Positions 8,639 through 20,700 of a stretch of DNA of 64,000 nucleotides are shown piece by piece. Each line of letters starts with the position of its first letter. Position 1 is the stretch's first letter. A program made the translations under genes and the position numbers. The DNA is taken from the IMG/VR virus record IMGVR_UViG_3300043411_001777, positions 124,001 through 188,000 of that record. One strand, written 5' to 3'. The notes below the pieces were generated by a model. The model made no database searches. It had not been told where the DNA came from and saw only the letters and a program-made list of their open reading frames with translations.

Positions 8639-11592
8639 TAGATCACATCCGGAGGGTCTAAGACATTTTCAGGCTCGGTAACAGCAATAGAAGACCCGTC
8701 TAACAACGCCCCCAAAGAGGCTGCCGTTTCCTCTACGTCCGTAACCGAAAACAAGTCCAAGATAAACGAGGGCAGGGATGGCGCCACAAACGCAACCCCA
8801 GCACCATAAGCCAAGGGGCTGTCCGCAGGTTTGTTCTCTGCGTTCATGAAGGCCGAGATCAACCCGTCGGTCCCAGGAGCAATGCACATCAGCGCTGATC
8901 CACTCGGAATCAGGAAGGACAGCTTGGACAGGGCCGAAATCAGGGAGTCGATCTTACGGATGAACTCTTGGATCTCAGTCAAGCGGGCCTGAGCAAAATC
9001 AGAGTACGCCTGCAACGTCTCCCCGACACTTTTAACTCCCGTGGAAAACGAGGACAGCCAATTCAACACAGAATCAAACAGTCCGGCAATAGGTGGGAAT
9101 GCATCGAAAGCCTTTATGGCAATCCACTCCCCATCCTCCGGGGAGCGTAGCGAAGCCGAAGCCGCAACACCCAAAGCCAAGGCTGCTTCCGTCATGAGCC
9201 TGCCAGATTCAAACTCGGCCAGAGCAGAACGGCAAAACACCACTCGGCTCTTAACGGATTCGACTTCTAGCCCATTGGACAAATCGAGAAGCTGGGCTCG
9301 ACGGGAATAGAACACGGGGAGGTAATCTTCGCTCCCGATTGGGGTCGTGGTGGGCAATTCCCGTATATAGGAAGCAACATTGTCCGGAACAGCCAATGAG
9401 CCGTCTTCCTGTATGTATTTCTCATACACCATCCGCAGACCTGGGCTCGCTTCTTCAAGAAGGTCCGGCACATCCTCTGCGGATGCCGTGGCTGTGAAGT
9501 TGATCTCCAGAGCGGAGGACTCCACAAAATGGGGTGCTCGCCCTAGTAGGACACCAGGGGTTTTCAAAACCCCGCGAATGTCATCCGCAGAAATCCCTAG
9601 GCTGAAAGGGTTGACTGCAAGCCCAAAGTCTAACTCTTCGTGCGGGTGTGCTAACACAAGGGGGGCGAAGGTAGATTGCTCATAGCCCTCATTTGGTACG
9701 GCGTCTATAGCGTTGATTACGTCAATTGAACTTTGCTGTCTCACAGTTTTAGTGACAGAACTCAAAATTGTCATTGGCTTACTTGCATCAACAACTTCAG
9801 GAAAAGCCGCAAGAATGTCCCCCCAAGAGACCGTGCGGAGACGTGCAGTAGCCTGAGCAACTGCACTTTCTAACTCGGGGGTAGGCTTGATTTTGACATA
9901 TAGGTCAAGGGTGAGTTTTCGTGCGGCATCTGACAGGAACTTACGGAACAGCAAGGGGTTTGACCCCTCGGTTCTGACCATAGCTGTATATTCCGCCATG
10001 AAGTTGTTCAGAAGTCCACGGAAGGGCTCAAGCCCCGTCCGACGTAACGCAACACTCTGAAGAGGCAGATTGCCTTCCTGCACAGCCTTTACAATAGCAC
10101 TTCCCTTTGCGGCCTCCAACTCGTCTAACGTGGGGATGTCGGGCCTAACCAACGCCATTGTGATCAAAGCAGTTTCAATCGCATTGAGGAAAGCCTTTGT
10201 GTTAAGGCCCGGGACCATAATCCGCTTAGGCTCTGACCATGCTGAAAGACTTGACGAATCAAACTCTCCGACAATGTCAAGCACAACGGGCCCGCCTTCG
10301 GTGGGGTTCGTTTCTGACATATCGTAAAAGCAGCCCTTGTCCTTGATCTCTGAGATCAACTCTGCCGAACACGCTGCCACCCTAACATAGTAGTTGGCGG
10401 GTTTATGTTGCCCAGTCGGAGTAACCAAATCCCCATCAATAACAAAGTCTGCGTGCCAAGGCAAGAGGCTCGCACTTATTGTGACCGAATACTCATTCGT
10501 CGGCCACTGTACAGTGACTTGCTCAGAAGACACGAAAAAAGACCGCTGAAAATAGCGCATATCATTTTCTGGTTCTATAAGATCCGCACGCCGTACGTGC
10601 TTGAAATTCTCCAGAGGCAAAATTCCACGCGAAGGATCATTATCCAACACCCCGTATATCCGAACAGCTCCGTCCTCAATACTGCCGTCCGAGGCCAGCG
10701 ACCGCGCAAAGGCATATTGAGGATTCAACTTCAATAGCTCTGCACCACCGTGAAGCACAATAGGAGTGCCTCCAGCATCCCTAACCACTCCGAACTCGCG
10801 GGGCTGCACCCCAGCCGTCTTCACCGCATCAGGACGAGGGCGATCATAGACCAGCTTCACCCCCTCAAGGAGGGTGGACACCGTTACAATAAACCCACTC
10901 GGACCAGCAGCCGGAATTGGGTTATACGCATCCCGCACATTCGGATTCGGGCAGTCCCACACAATCCGGATTAAAGTCGGCGCTGATGTTGGCTTTAACG
11001 AAAGGATATTCTGATAGCTGTCGAAGTCCGTTACGTTAGTGGACTCAGAGCCAAAGTAAACCGCTTTGATCCGCGGGACCGGAAAAGACGACACCATTCG
11101 ACCAGAGAAATCAAGGTTGAACACCCTGCGGATGTTGTTGAGGAAAGACAACATCCGGTCAATATGCTGGAAATCCACCGAGGTATAGAAGAAGGCTGCC
11201 ACAATAGTGGTTGCGGGAGAAATATCTGGACGGGTCGGGTCGTCCCGGTCCGTCATCCTTGCCAGCATTCTCGTTTGATAGGCCTGGAAACCCCCGCGTA
11301 GATCCTCGTAGGGGGGCTTTGCAAGCGCCCAATCCCCAGTAATGTACAGCCCAAGGTCTCGGAAATCAGCCGCCAGCCCATCCAACTCAGTGACCAATTG
11401 CTGGACCAAAGCCGCCAAAGGGTCAATGTAGTCTGGTGCAAACGATTTGGCGAAATCCAAAAGGGATGAAGCTGTCGTAAAAAACGACACCAAATCGTTC
11501 ATTAGCTCGGATAAAGGCTCCCCAACATCCGATACGATATCAGGAACCTGAACCTTGAGATGCCCCCAAGTTCCTTTAGGAAGGTCGGCCAT
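8638..11592 (-). CDS. Hypothetical structural protein with helical N- and C-terminal regions
   Basis: 984-aa ORF within the baseplate operon, with amphipathic helical termini. No family recognised. Confidence 0.6.
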   Translation of the reverse strand: MADLPKGTWGHLKVQVPDIVSDVGEPLSELMNDLVSFFTTASSLLDFAKSFAPDYIDPLAALVQQLVTELDGLAADFRDLGLYITGDWALAKPPYEDLRGGFQAYQTRMLARMTDRDDPTRPDISPATTIVAAFFYTSVDFQHIDRMLSFLNNIRRVFNLDFSGRMVSSFPVPRIKAVYFGSESTNVTDFDSYQNILSLKPTSAPTLIRIVWDCPNPNVRDAYNPIPAAGPSGFIVTVSTLLEGVKLVYDRPRPDAVKTAGVQPREFGVVRDAGGTPIVLHGGAELLKLNPQYAFARSLASDGSIEDGAVRIYGVLDNDPSRGILPLENFKHVRRADLIEPENDMRYFQRSFFVSSEQVTVQWPTNEYSVTISASLLPWHADFVIDGDLVTPTGQHKPANYYVRVAACSAELISEIKDKGCFYDMSETNPTEGGPVVLDIVGEFDSSSLSAWSEPKRIMVPGLNTKAFLNAIETALITMALVRPDIPTLDELEAAKGSAIVKAVQEGNLPLQSVALRRTGLEPFRGLLNNFMAEYTAMVRTEGSNPLLFRKFLSDAARKLTLDLYVKIKPTPELESAVAQATARLRTVSWGDILAAFPEVVDASKPMTILSSVTKTVRQQSSIDVINAIDAVPNEGYEQSTFAPLVLAHPHEELDFGLAVNPFSLGISADDIRGVLKTPGVLLGRAPHFVESSALEINFTATASAEDVPDLLEEASPGLRMVYEKYIQEDGSLAVPDNVASYIRELPTTTPIGSEDYLPVFYSRRAQLLDLSNGLEVESVKSRVVFCRSALAEFESGRLMTEAALALGVAASASLRSPEDGEWIAIKAFDAFPPIAGLFDSVLNWLSSFSTGVKSVGETLQAYSDFAQARLTEIQEFIRKIDSLISALSKLSFLIPSGSALMCIAPGTDGLISAFMNAENKPADSPLAYGAGVAFVAPSLPSFILDLFSVTDVEETAASLGALLDGSSIAVTEPENVLDPPDVI

Positions 11593-11713
11593 TTGTCCCC
11601 AGCTTTGCCTTCTCGGCGGCTTCCCAGGTAAGCATTAGAGCTTTCATTTTCGCCAGAATAGCCTTAAGCTGTTCTGCCTCATAGGTGCCTGAAATGGGTT
11701 GCCACTTACTCAT
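11576..11713 (-). CDS. Small helical protein, 45 aa (missed by the ORF track)
   Basis: MSKWQPISGTYEAEQLKAILAKMKALMLTWEAAEKAKLGTNGRPS. The ATG overlaps the end of the 3690-aa gene, with GAGG just upstream, and the stop overlaps the start of the 984-aa gene. It exactly fills the gap between them. Confidence 0.65.
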   Translation of the reverse strand: MSKWQPISGTYEAEQLKAILAKMKALMLTWEAAEKAKLGTNGRPS

Positions 11714-14700
11714 TTAGCCTCGTTACCGTACGCCTAAGCATGGAAAATTGTGAGCCCTTTGCCCGTTTACTCGTAAGGGCTGCCCTGAATTGACGGATTG
11801 CCGCTAGGGTCCCCGTCGTCTTATGGGTCCGATACCCAAGCCACATAAGCCGTAGGGCACGGAACTTTTCCGAAGTGTCTAGCACTTCAGAGATCCTGTC
11901 TGGAAAGAGAGGGCGCACAATATCCCCGTCCTCAGAAGAGAATGAGGTATAGGGCCCCCCATCAGTCTTAAAGGCCGGGTCCACTCCAGAGTCATACGTT
12001 CGCGCAGTGAAATCCGTATTCGGCACCAGACGGTCCAACCTGGCATCCTGAATCCAAAAACGTCGATCCAAAATTGACAAAGCATCCGAACTGTTCGCGA
12101 AAGGGCTCACCCCAAACTCACCCATCAGATTACGGATTACTCCATTAGTTAGGAGTCCCCGGGCGACTTCTAGGTCCTCCAAATCCCCCAGAGAAGCGAT
12201 GTGAGTATCGTCCTGGAAATCGAAGTAAGAACCACCTTTCACTCCCCGCATAAGTGCCCCGAACTTATCAATCAGAGATAGGGTGCGCTCCCTCATCAGG
12301 AGGATGAGATCCACGGTCTCCGGCTCAAACAGAGAAAGTGGCCGGATGATCCGATAAGAAAAGGGTCGGATCGAATAGGCGTCTTCACTATAGGTTAGAA
12401 CATTCTTCACCTTAGTCGGACGCAAGTCGTTCTGCCCCTCTCTGTTATCCAAAGGAGCTGGGGACACGTAATCAGTGTGGTTTAGGAGGGAGTCATTTAC
12501 CGTAGGGTAAGCAACATAGCCCAGGGCTGCTTGCTCGGTCGCAGGAAATACTTGATCAGAGTCAATATCCCCGCTAAACGTAGTCACTGGGTCTACAACG
12601 AGGTGGTCACCAGCAACTTCCAAGACTCGATAGAACCCACGATTGTCGTCCAAATTAGAAGGTGACCCTGCCACGTAGCCAGCTCGTGTAGAGACTCGGG
12701 TGTCTCCAAATGCACGCGAGCCTCGATCTATAGAATTGGGGATTGCCCCGATTGGGTCCACGATAACGATATCCCCAACGGCAACCCCTAGAGTCTCGTA
12801 AGTCGTCCCCCCAACCACGGATTTATCATCGTATAGATGATTGGCTACGTCAGACCACGAATCGCCAGGAGTGAATTCCGGCACGTAACCGCCTTCCTCA
12901 GTATCCCAATCTGCAATTGTACGATGGACCTCTTTCGCCGTAATGAGGTTGAGTAACTGCTCGTTGGTTTGTTCGTGAGGAACAGGGGCCTGGCGCAGCC
13001 AAATCTCAAACCGATACCCTCCGTTTGAAGCGTGCCCACTAGGAATAACACTTTGAGGGGGCCGCAACAATAGCCGACCATCACTGATAACAGCCGCAAT
13101 CTCATGCTGCTCGATCAGATCCCCCTCCTCGTCCAAAATACGGAACCAATCACCTGCATGGATATTGACATTACTGTCTAGGAAGCCGCCAAGGTTAGTC
13201 CCCGTATACACTTGGAGATCATTCCACACATCACCGGCCCAAGGCGCCACCACATCGTTGTTGAAGTCCATCGTAAAAGACTCCGCCCGTACAGTAGCGA
13301 ACCCTTTATCGTCCTCAGACCAATCTGTAATGCGCCCGCGTCGAATTTCATAGGCGAACCGAAGAGCTTCAAAACTTGAGCTAACCTCGATTTGAGCCTC
13401 ATGCCAACGCCTACACCGACGAATCTCGAAATCAACTTCCTCCGGAAGCCCCGTGATATCGTCCTGATTTGCAGCGTAGAATAGCTCCTTATTCCGCACC
13501 CCAACATCAGCATCATCCATGTTGTTGTTGTCATCAACCACATGGGCATAATTTGTTCCCATGTTCAGTACGGGAAGGGGGAAAGAGGGCTCCAAAAAGA
13601 TGCCCGCCTGTGCATAAAAACCGGGGGTGGCCCCATCCGCCAAGATGAGCTGAGCCCCAGGCAAAAGGCAATGGGTCTTTAGATCGTTGGCAGCAATACC
13701 ATTGCCATAGGACCCGACCGGCACATTAAGCGACTTCCACTGGGCAGTCGTTAATTGGTCCAGAGAAAGGCATTTAGGAACTGACGGATATACCGCCTTT
13801 TCCAATGAATCCACAAAAGTAGCTAGTCCGCCTGAAATACCCCAAACCGTTCCTTCTGTAACCGTTAGATGGCCCGAGGCCGCATCCGCAGGCTTGTGGA
13901 CTTTCGCCCCACCGCCACTTTGCTGTCCATCGAAGAGCAACGCGACGCCAGACACCGACACTGGGGGCGCCAATTCCAAGAAGCGAATCCCGTACACGGA
14001 ATGATGGTTTGTCAATGTCGTCGACAAATCCGCCCCTACACCCGCACCCGATATGCTGGCGAGAGTCGGCGCCGCCGTATACCCTGTTCCGGGATGCGTG
14101 ATTGTCACGCTCGTTATATCTCCCAACCCGCCAACCGTAGCCACTATTGCCTTAGCTGTGACTCCAGCAACGGGGGCTGTAAACGTAATGACATCCCCGA
14201 TGGAATACCCCGTTCCTGGAACATCAATAGCAATTGAGACCACCGATCCAGGCTCATCGTAACCAACGACATTGTTAGACGGAAGCTCCCCTCCCTTTAC
14301 GTCTATCGGTAGGTGGCTCATCCCAGTCACATACCGACCAGCGATCGCCAAAGCAGCAAACTCGTCCGCTGTCATTGCCGTGTTATCAGCCCACCGATAC
14401 ACACCCGTCCCCAAGAACTTGTAGGCGATGGCGCTCATGCTTGTGTATTCGCAAGAGATTACGGACACACGGAAATCCGCAGCATCACTAGCATTCAAAG
14501 CAGCCGGGTCTAGGACAATGAACAAACGTCCGCTTGACTCAAAACCACTCTTGAGCCCACCGATTGAAACCGGAGAGTCCTCAAACCCTGCATAGTCACT
14601 GACCGTCAGCTCAGAGCTGCCCGAGTCAAACTCCACAATCGTGGGGAATTGAACGGGACACCAACCGCCGGAGCTATTTGCCCATGCCGTGTGTGAGCTT

Positions 14701-17700
14701 TCTCGGTATGGGTTTCCGCCCGTTGGGGTGACCGCATGCCGGACGAGATAGGTGCCGGTTTTCGTGCTGGCGATGTGGTCCCCGTATATTGGACTCGTTT
14801 TACCCAGCACACATAGGTCCCCAGGCTCGATATTGGCAAGGGCCCCATCAGCTACAACGATATCCGCCAAACGGGTGTCATAGAGGAACACTCCCACCTG
14901 AGTATGGGCCGCCGACTCTACATAGCCAACACCTCGGCAGATATAGTCCCCATCTACTTGTGACGTGGAAGGTATTGCCGAACAGATAATGTCGGCAGAC
15001 ACGATAGACGTATTCGGGTTCGTCTCAAGCGCCATAACCTTGATCGACCCCACCTCAGAATCTGCGCCCCGAGCCACCCACTGACCCCCCACATCCGACC
15101 GCAGGTAATAGGAGGCAGCATCCGTCGCAACTGTTGAGCGCGGCACGAACGTAAGAGCCGCAGACACCACGTCATTGATCGTGGAAGCCGTTCCGTCCCG
15201 CAGAGTAACCTCTCGAATCCGGAGCCCGCCCGCGAGGGAAACACCGGACAGCGGGTGAGTATACCCACGAGCCTTAACGTGACGCATATCCCAAACATCA
15301 CTGAACGTCAACCGATCTTCCCCAACCCAACCCGTATTGCTTCCGCCTCGATCGGCAGTCGAATTAAACGTGTCGATAGATAGGGAGAACTCATACCCAT
15401 ACAGACCCGTTTTACGTGCTCCCGCCACCGCATGGGGAATGAACCACTGATTTGGCGTGCCTCCGCCCCAATCGATAATCGCAGAGTCCTTTAGGTGGAT
15501 TTGACGATTTTCGATCACAGTTCCCGCTGGGGTTTCCTCCGTACCGAAAGTAATCCCAAAGCCGGTTAGGGTCCCGCTACTGAAATTGCCCCAGTAATCT
15601 GTTACGGTCCAAGTAGTACCAAAGATTCGGATGGTGAGGAACACCTGCCCCGCAGAAGGCAGACCAGGATCAGGGGAGTCCGTAATAGAGGCGTCTGTCC
15701 GCCAGTACAGCCGGAACGTGAAGATATTCTTGGACTTGTACCCAGTGCTTGACCACAACTCATTCAGATTACCCAAGCCGATGGTGTCACCATCGTTGAG
15801 AGCCAGCTTTGTCAAGCTGGAGAAGTCTAGAATGGTTAGATCCGCGCCCGTATCTTCAATGATCTGTAATCCGGGTGGGATAGCAACCTGCGGGTCCAGG
15901 GCATAATTGCCGGGGTCATCCGTGTACACAATGGCATTGTCAAACGTGTAACGAATGACACTGCCCGTATCCGGATCAGCCAAATTCAAAGGAGGGGTGG
16001 TGGGGGTTACGAATCTTGGGGGTTCGTAAATCGATCCGTAACTCCCACCACCAAGCGACACAGTGCTTATCTCTCCAACGGATATAATACCCTGCCAACC
16101 AGCTTCCACTACTTTAGGCTGAACCAAAACAAGGTCAAATCGACCAACGTCTCCAATACCAGGGTCCGTTGCACCATGAGCAACAGGAGTGGCATCTACG
16201 GGAACGATGAGGGCCGCAGGCTCAGCATAACCAGAGCCCCAAACCTCATAGGCGCTCAGGATTTCCCCCTCAGTTGACAAGATTTCATCCGGATAGAGAT
16301 ATCCGCCAGAACCATCTTCTGCTTCGATCACCAACGGCGCTGCCACCGCAGCATCCCCCAAGCGTTCCAGCTCTGAATTCAGGACGGCGACAAAGGGGAT
16401 AGCCTGGTCCCCCGTATCATCTAGCTCCTCACCGCGCAGAGCGGGGATTTCAAGGGGCCCTAGCTCAGTATAGCTGAACCCTGCCACAGCTTCCAATGAC
16501 TGAAGCGGCCTTGGGGAATTCTGCCCCAGAATCTCCTTCAAACCTATGAAACTCGGATCGGCAAAAGAAGGGAGGGAGATATCTAGGACACGGCCATCCT
16601 TTGTGATCGCCAAATCTCGACCCACCACATACTGGTCATTTCGAGATACGGCAACTTCCAAGTCATCTGTTGTTATGGGGCTGCTCAAAGCGGTATTGGA
16701 ATTTAGGCTAGGAGCCGCGTAGATAGTTGCCCCGGGCTGAAACTCGAACTCTCCCAACGGGATCGCCTGATCCGGACCTTGCCCGATGAGCAAATTGTTC
16801 GGATCGGCTATCCGAACGCTATTGACATTTCGGAATGTCAATACACAACCGTATTCCACAGAGTCAACGAAAACACCCGTAAACGAAGACTGTCCGAAAA
16901 TGTCCACGGTCTCGGGAGAGAAGAGCAAATAGGTCTCCCCAGAAGGCAGGCCGAAACTTAGCTGGTCACCCACTTGAAATCCTGGAACCGATAGGTCAGG
17001 ATTGCCTGATTCCAGATCCGGGTCCTCTCCGCCCTGAGACAGGAGATCCGCATAGCTAGGGAACCCGGTCTCCGGATCGATCTTGAAATCACGAAGAAGT
17101 TGCGGCGTAGCGATAATTACAGGATCTGTAATCGCAAGCGGGAACGCCCCACCGGGGACTCCAGTAGGGAAATACCCCCAAACCCGAGCCCGAGCCCGGC
17201 GTTTGAAAACAACTGCATCCGATACGCCCGTAATCTCACCCAACACCGGATTTTCAAGCTGACCAATCTGCTTTCGATACGTGCTACGTCGCGAGCCCCC
17301 AAACAACGTCCCCCAGCTATAACGGCCCTCACCATCCAAGTCCGATCCAATGCCCGGATATGTGGTGAAAAAGGCCCGCGTTGTAGTCGGAAACAGCCGA
17401 GAAAGCCCATGCTGCTCGCCCATTTGAGCAACCAAGGACGCTGCCTGTTGCTTAAAGAACGGGAAGAACGCTGTCCGAATAGCAGTCACCTTGCCAGGTG
17501 AAACGAGCACGTAATCGTCTACGTCATTCTTAATGAGTAGAACTTGCTTGCCAATCAACTGGTCAATGCGGTCGGCTTCAGGCAAATCTCCGGCAAGCTC
17601 ACCCTGAGAGAGAGTTGCCGTACGGGGCTCCATTAACGGATCGGTCCTCAGCACCCACAGGGTGTCAGCGGCCTCCTGCATGGATACTTCAGCCCACAGG

Positions 17701-20700
17701 TATCTTGGAGTAATCTGGCCGGAGATATCGTCCTCATACCCAGGCACCGGGAGGGTCTTATCCTTCCCAACCCAAAACCTGAACTTGCCTGACCGATCGC
17801 CAATGACTCCAGAAGTCATTGTCTCCAAGGCCTGCTCAAACCCTTCGATGGTCTCATTGTAGAAAGACAGCATTACACGGGAGGCACGATCCTTGTCAAG
17901 TAGATCAGCCAACCGAGTAAGCAGCCCAGCACGGCCGAATTCCCAGTTGTTCATTGGAGTTGCCGGAACAACACTGCCAGTCTCGGAATTCAAGTCCTGA
18001 ATTGCTTGGGTCACCGTTTCAGAAACGAATCGAGTCAGCGGAGTCACCCGCACATAGAACGAATCCGGAGACCTGTAAAAGAACCGGCCTTGGAGCTGGC
18101 TATTCAGCACACCATTGGCAACAGAAGGGGCGTCCCGGTATTTGAAGCTAGCATAGATCCGTGGGAAAATCAGCGCCCCACGATCAACAAAGGGCTCCAG
18201 ATACCGCAACTTTGTGTAGTGCAGCAAAAGCTGCTCCCCACGAGTTACACCCGCCGCTAGTTGAATACCTTCAGGCGTGAAAGTGTAGTCAACTTGAGAC
18301 CTTAACTCCCGGCCTTCTGGGAAGGAAATAAGCCGGACATCCGTCCCAAATGTCTGGGCACCGACTGCAATGGCTGTATCCTGCTCATAATAGAGCGGTA
18401 AGTAGGAGCATTTGACAGGCTCCGTTCCAGCCAAATCAAGGCGGACCGGCGAGGACAAGGTCACAAAAGTCTTAGACCCGTCCTCTGCCAGAGCTGTTCT
18501 CCGCACAATGTACGGCTGCCCAGCAACTTCTAGGAGGTGGCCGGGTTTGGCGAAGGCCGACACATCCCCAACGAAAGCAAGTGTCACAGCTCCGCGGGAA
18601 ACAGCATTAAATGCAAAGGCTTGGGGGAAAGACTGCAACACACCAAAGTTTGCGGACGTTGCTGTGCCATCAACACTGGCCGTAAAGGCTATGTCAGATA
18701 GCCACATCCCTACATCATTTACAGGCGCACGACTACCAAGTTCACTTGCAGTTGCAGGGTAGAGGGTCACCGCCGTAATGTCCTCGGCCGCAAACAGCTC
18801 CACGGATTTAATGTAGTGGCAAACCTCTCCAATCTTTAGGATTTGACCCGGCGTAAACTCAGACGCGCGATCACCACGCACACCAAAGCGATTCTTTCCG
18901 GAAGGAATGTAGAAAGGAGGACGGTATATCGGATAGGCACCGCTTCGAAAAGTGACCTCCCCACCAAAAGCAACGGGAACAGAACTGATCGCCTTGACCT
19001 CAGCTTGCTCCGGGACCTCCCGGTAAAACTTGATATTGGACCCCTCCACATAGAAATCCCGAGCGCCGCCATAATTCAAACGACGACCCCCGAGAGTAAC
19101 AATTGGGTCCGCCCCTCCCAAGTACCCGTAAACTGTAGCTGAAACTCGCGTGGCTACTTCTGTGTGGGTGAAACTGACAATTTCCGTTATGGCATCTCCG
19201 ACCTTCCGGCCTTCCATATCCGCCTGGAAGTACGTCAACTCTAGGACCTGTTCCGCTTGGAGAGGCTCTCTCAAAGAACAAGCTCCCGTTTGGGCGGACA
19301 CCATCACATCGGCGCCCAAGAGCAACTGCTCTGCGAAATAGAGCTGCCCTTCTCCGGCCTGCACATTCAGCTCGCCAGAGAAGGGGTCAAATTCAGCAGC
19401 ACCGTCCAAATCTGCCAATTCCAGGAAGGTCTCCTCCAAGTAGACTTGGGAAGTACCGTAAGCATCCAACACACTTTGTGGGAAGCGCAGAGTGCCTTTA
19501 GTAAGGCCCTCTCCCAGAACCTCGACAACCACAGGTGTCGTGCTCCATGCACTTACGATAGAGGGCTCGAAATAGGTGTCCCCAACGCGGATTTGGAATT
19601 TACCCGTGGAGAGCCGAATGTCCGAAACGGACACCACCAAAGTGTCTTGAGACAAGACCCCAAGCTTTACCGTTCGCAGAGGGCTAAGAAGAATGTCAAG
19701 CCCTTCTATGCCGTACCGGAGAGAAACACCACGACCACGCTCGATTGCTTGTGCAACCGGGGCCGTCTCAGAAACCTGAGTAAGCTGCTTAACAATGAAA
19801 GTCTCGGAAGGAAGATGGCTAAAGGGCCGCAGCACACCCCGGACTAACAACGAAGGGTCGTATACATTTGGCGAGAACCCCTCATAGAGGGCCCAGCTCA
19901 ATTCCGTGCTATCCTCCAACGTAGGGGTTAAGGTGATACCCCCATCAACCGACGTAACCATGAACCAAGAGCCGTCGATCTTAAACAGACTGCCCTCAAC
20001 CACCACACTCAGATCGGCATTCGAATCAGTAAAGATTCCCGAAGACACCTGACCCGTCTGCCCCGAGGAAACGAAAGCCCCGAAAGTCTCGGTCAAGAGC
20101 ATCTGCCCAGTCTGACCCCCTTGGGGGAGGTTGAAGTCTTCCTCATAGGTAAGAGGCGTAAGTGCTCCGCCCTCTTCTGCCAGCGAGATATGTCCGAGCC
20201 CGTCTATGTTCCGGACAGTTGGAGTGACCACGGAGGACACCCCCAAATCAAAGGAAAAGGTCTTCTTCTCAACAAGAATCTCAGTTTCCTTAGAAGAGAG
20301 CCAAGCTAGCTTGCTTTCCCCAAACAGGTATTCCACTTCCTCGAAATTGGAAACTGGGGTGTCCAGTAAAACTGGCTCACCCTCCGCGTCCAACGTACTG
20401 TTTCGCAGGTAGAAGAATACGTCCGTATCCAACCCAGGCCGGTCCTCTAACGGGATTGCCGGTAGAAACTGAAACGGAGCACTAGAAACCTTGTCCTGAA
20501 TGACGCCATTGTATTTAGCGTGGGCCTTGAAATCCGAAACCTCAGCATCCAATTCTGTATTGCTGTGTGACCGATAAAACCCAAAGCTCACACCCGAATC
20601 AGGATTCCAGGCCCCAACTTCTGCGTACCAGCCCTGAGCGAAACCGAGGGCCCGATTTCCAGTGTGGTTGGGACTCACCCGAATCAACAGCGGGTTCACA

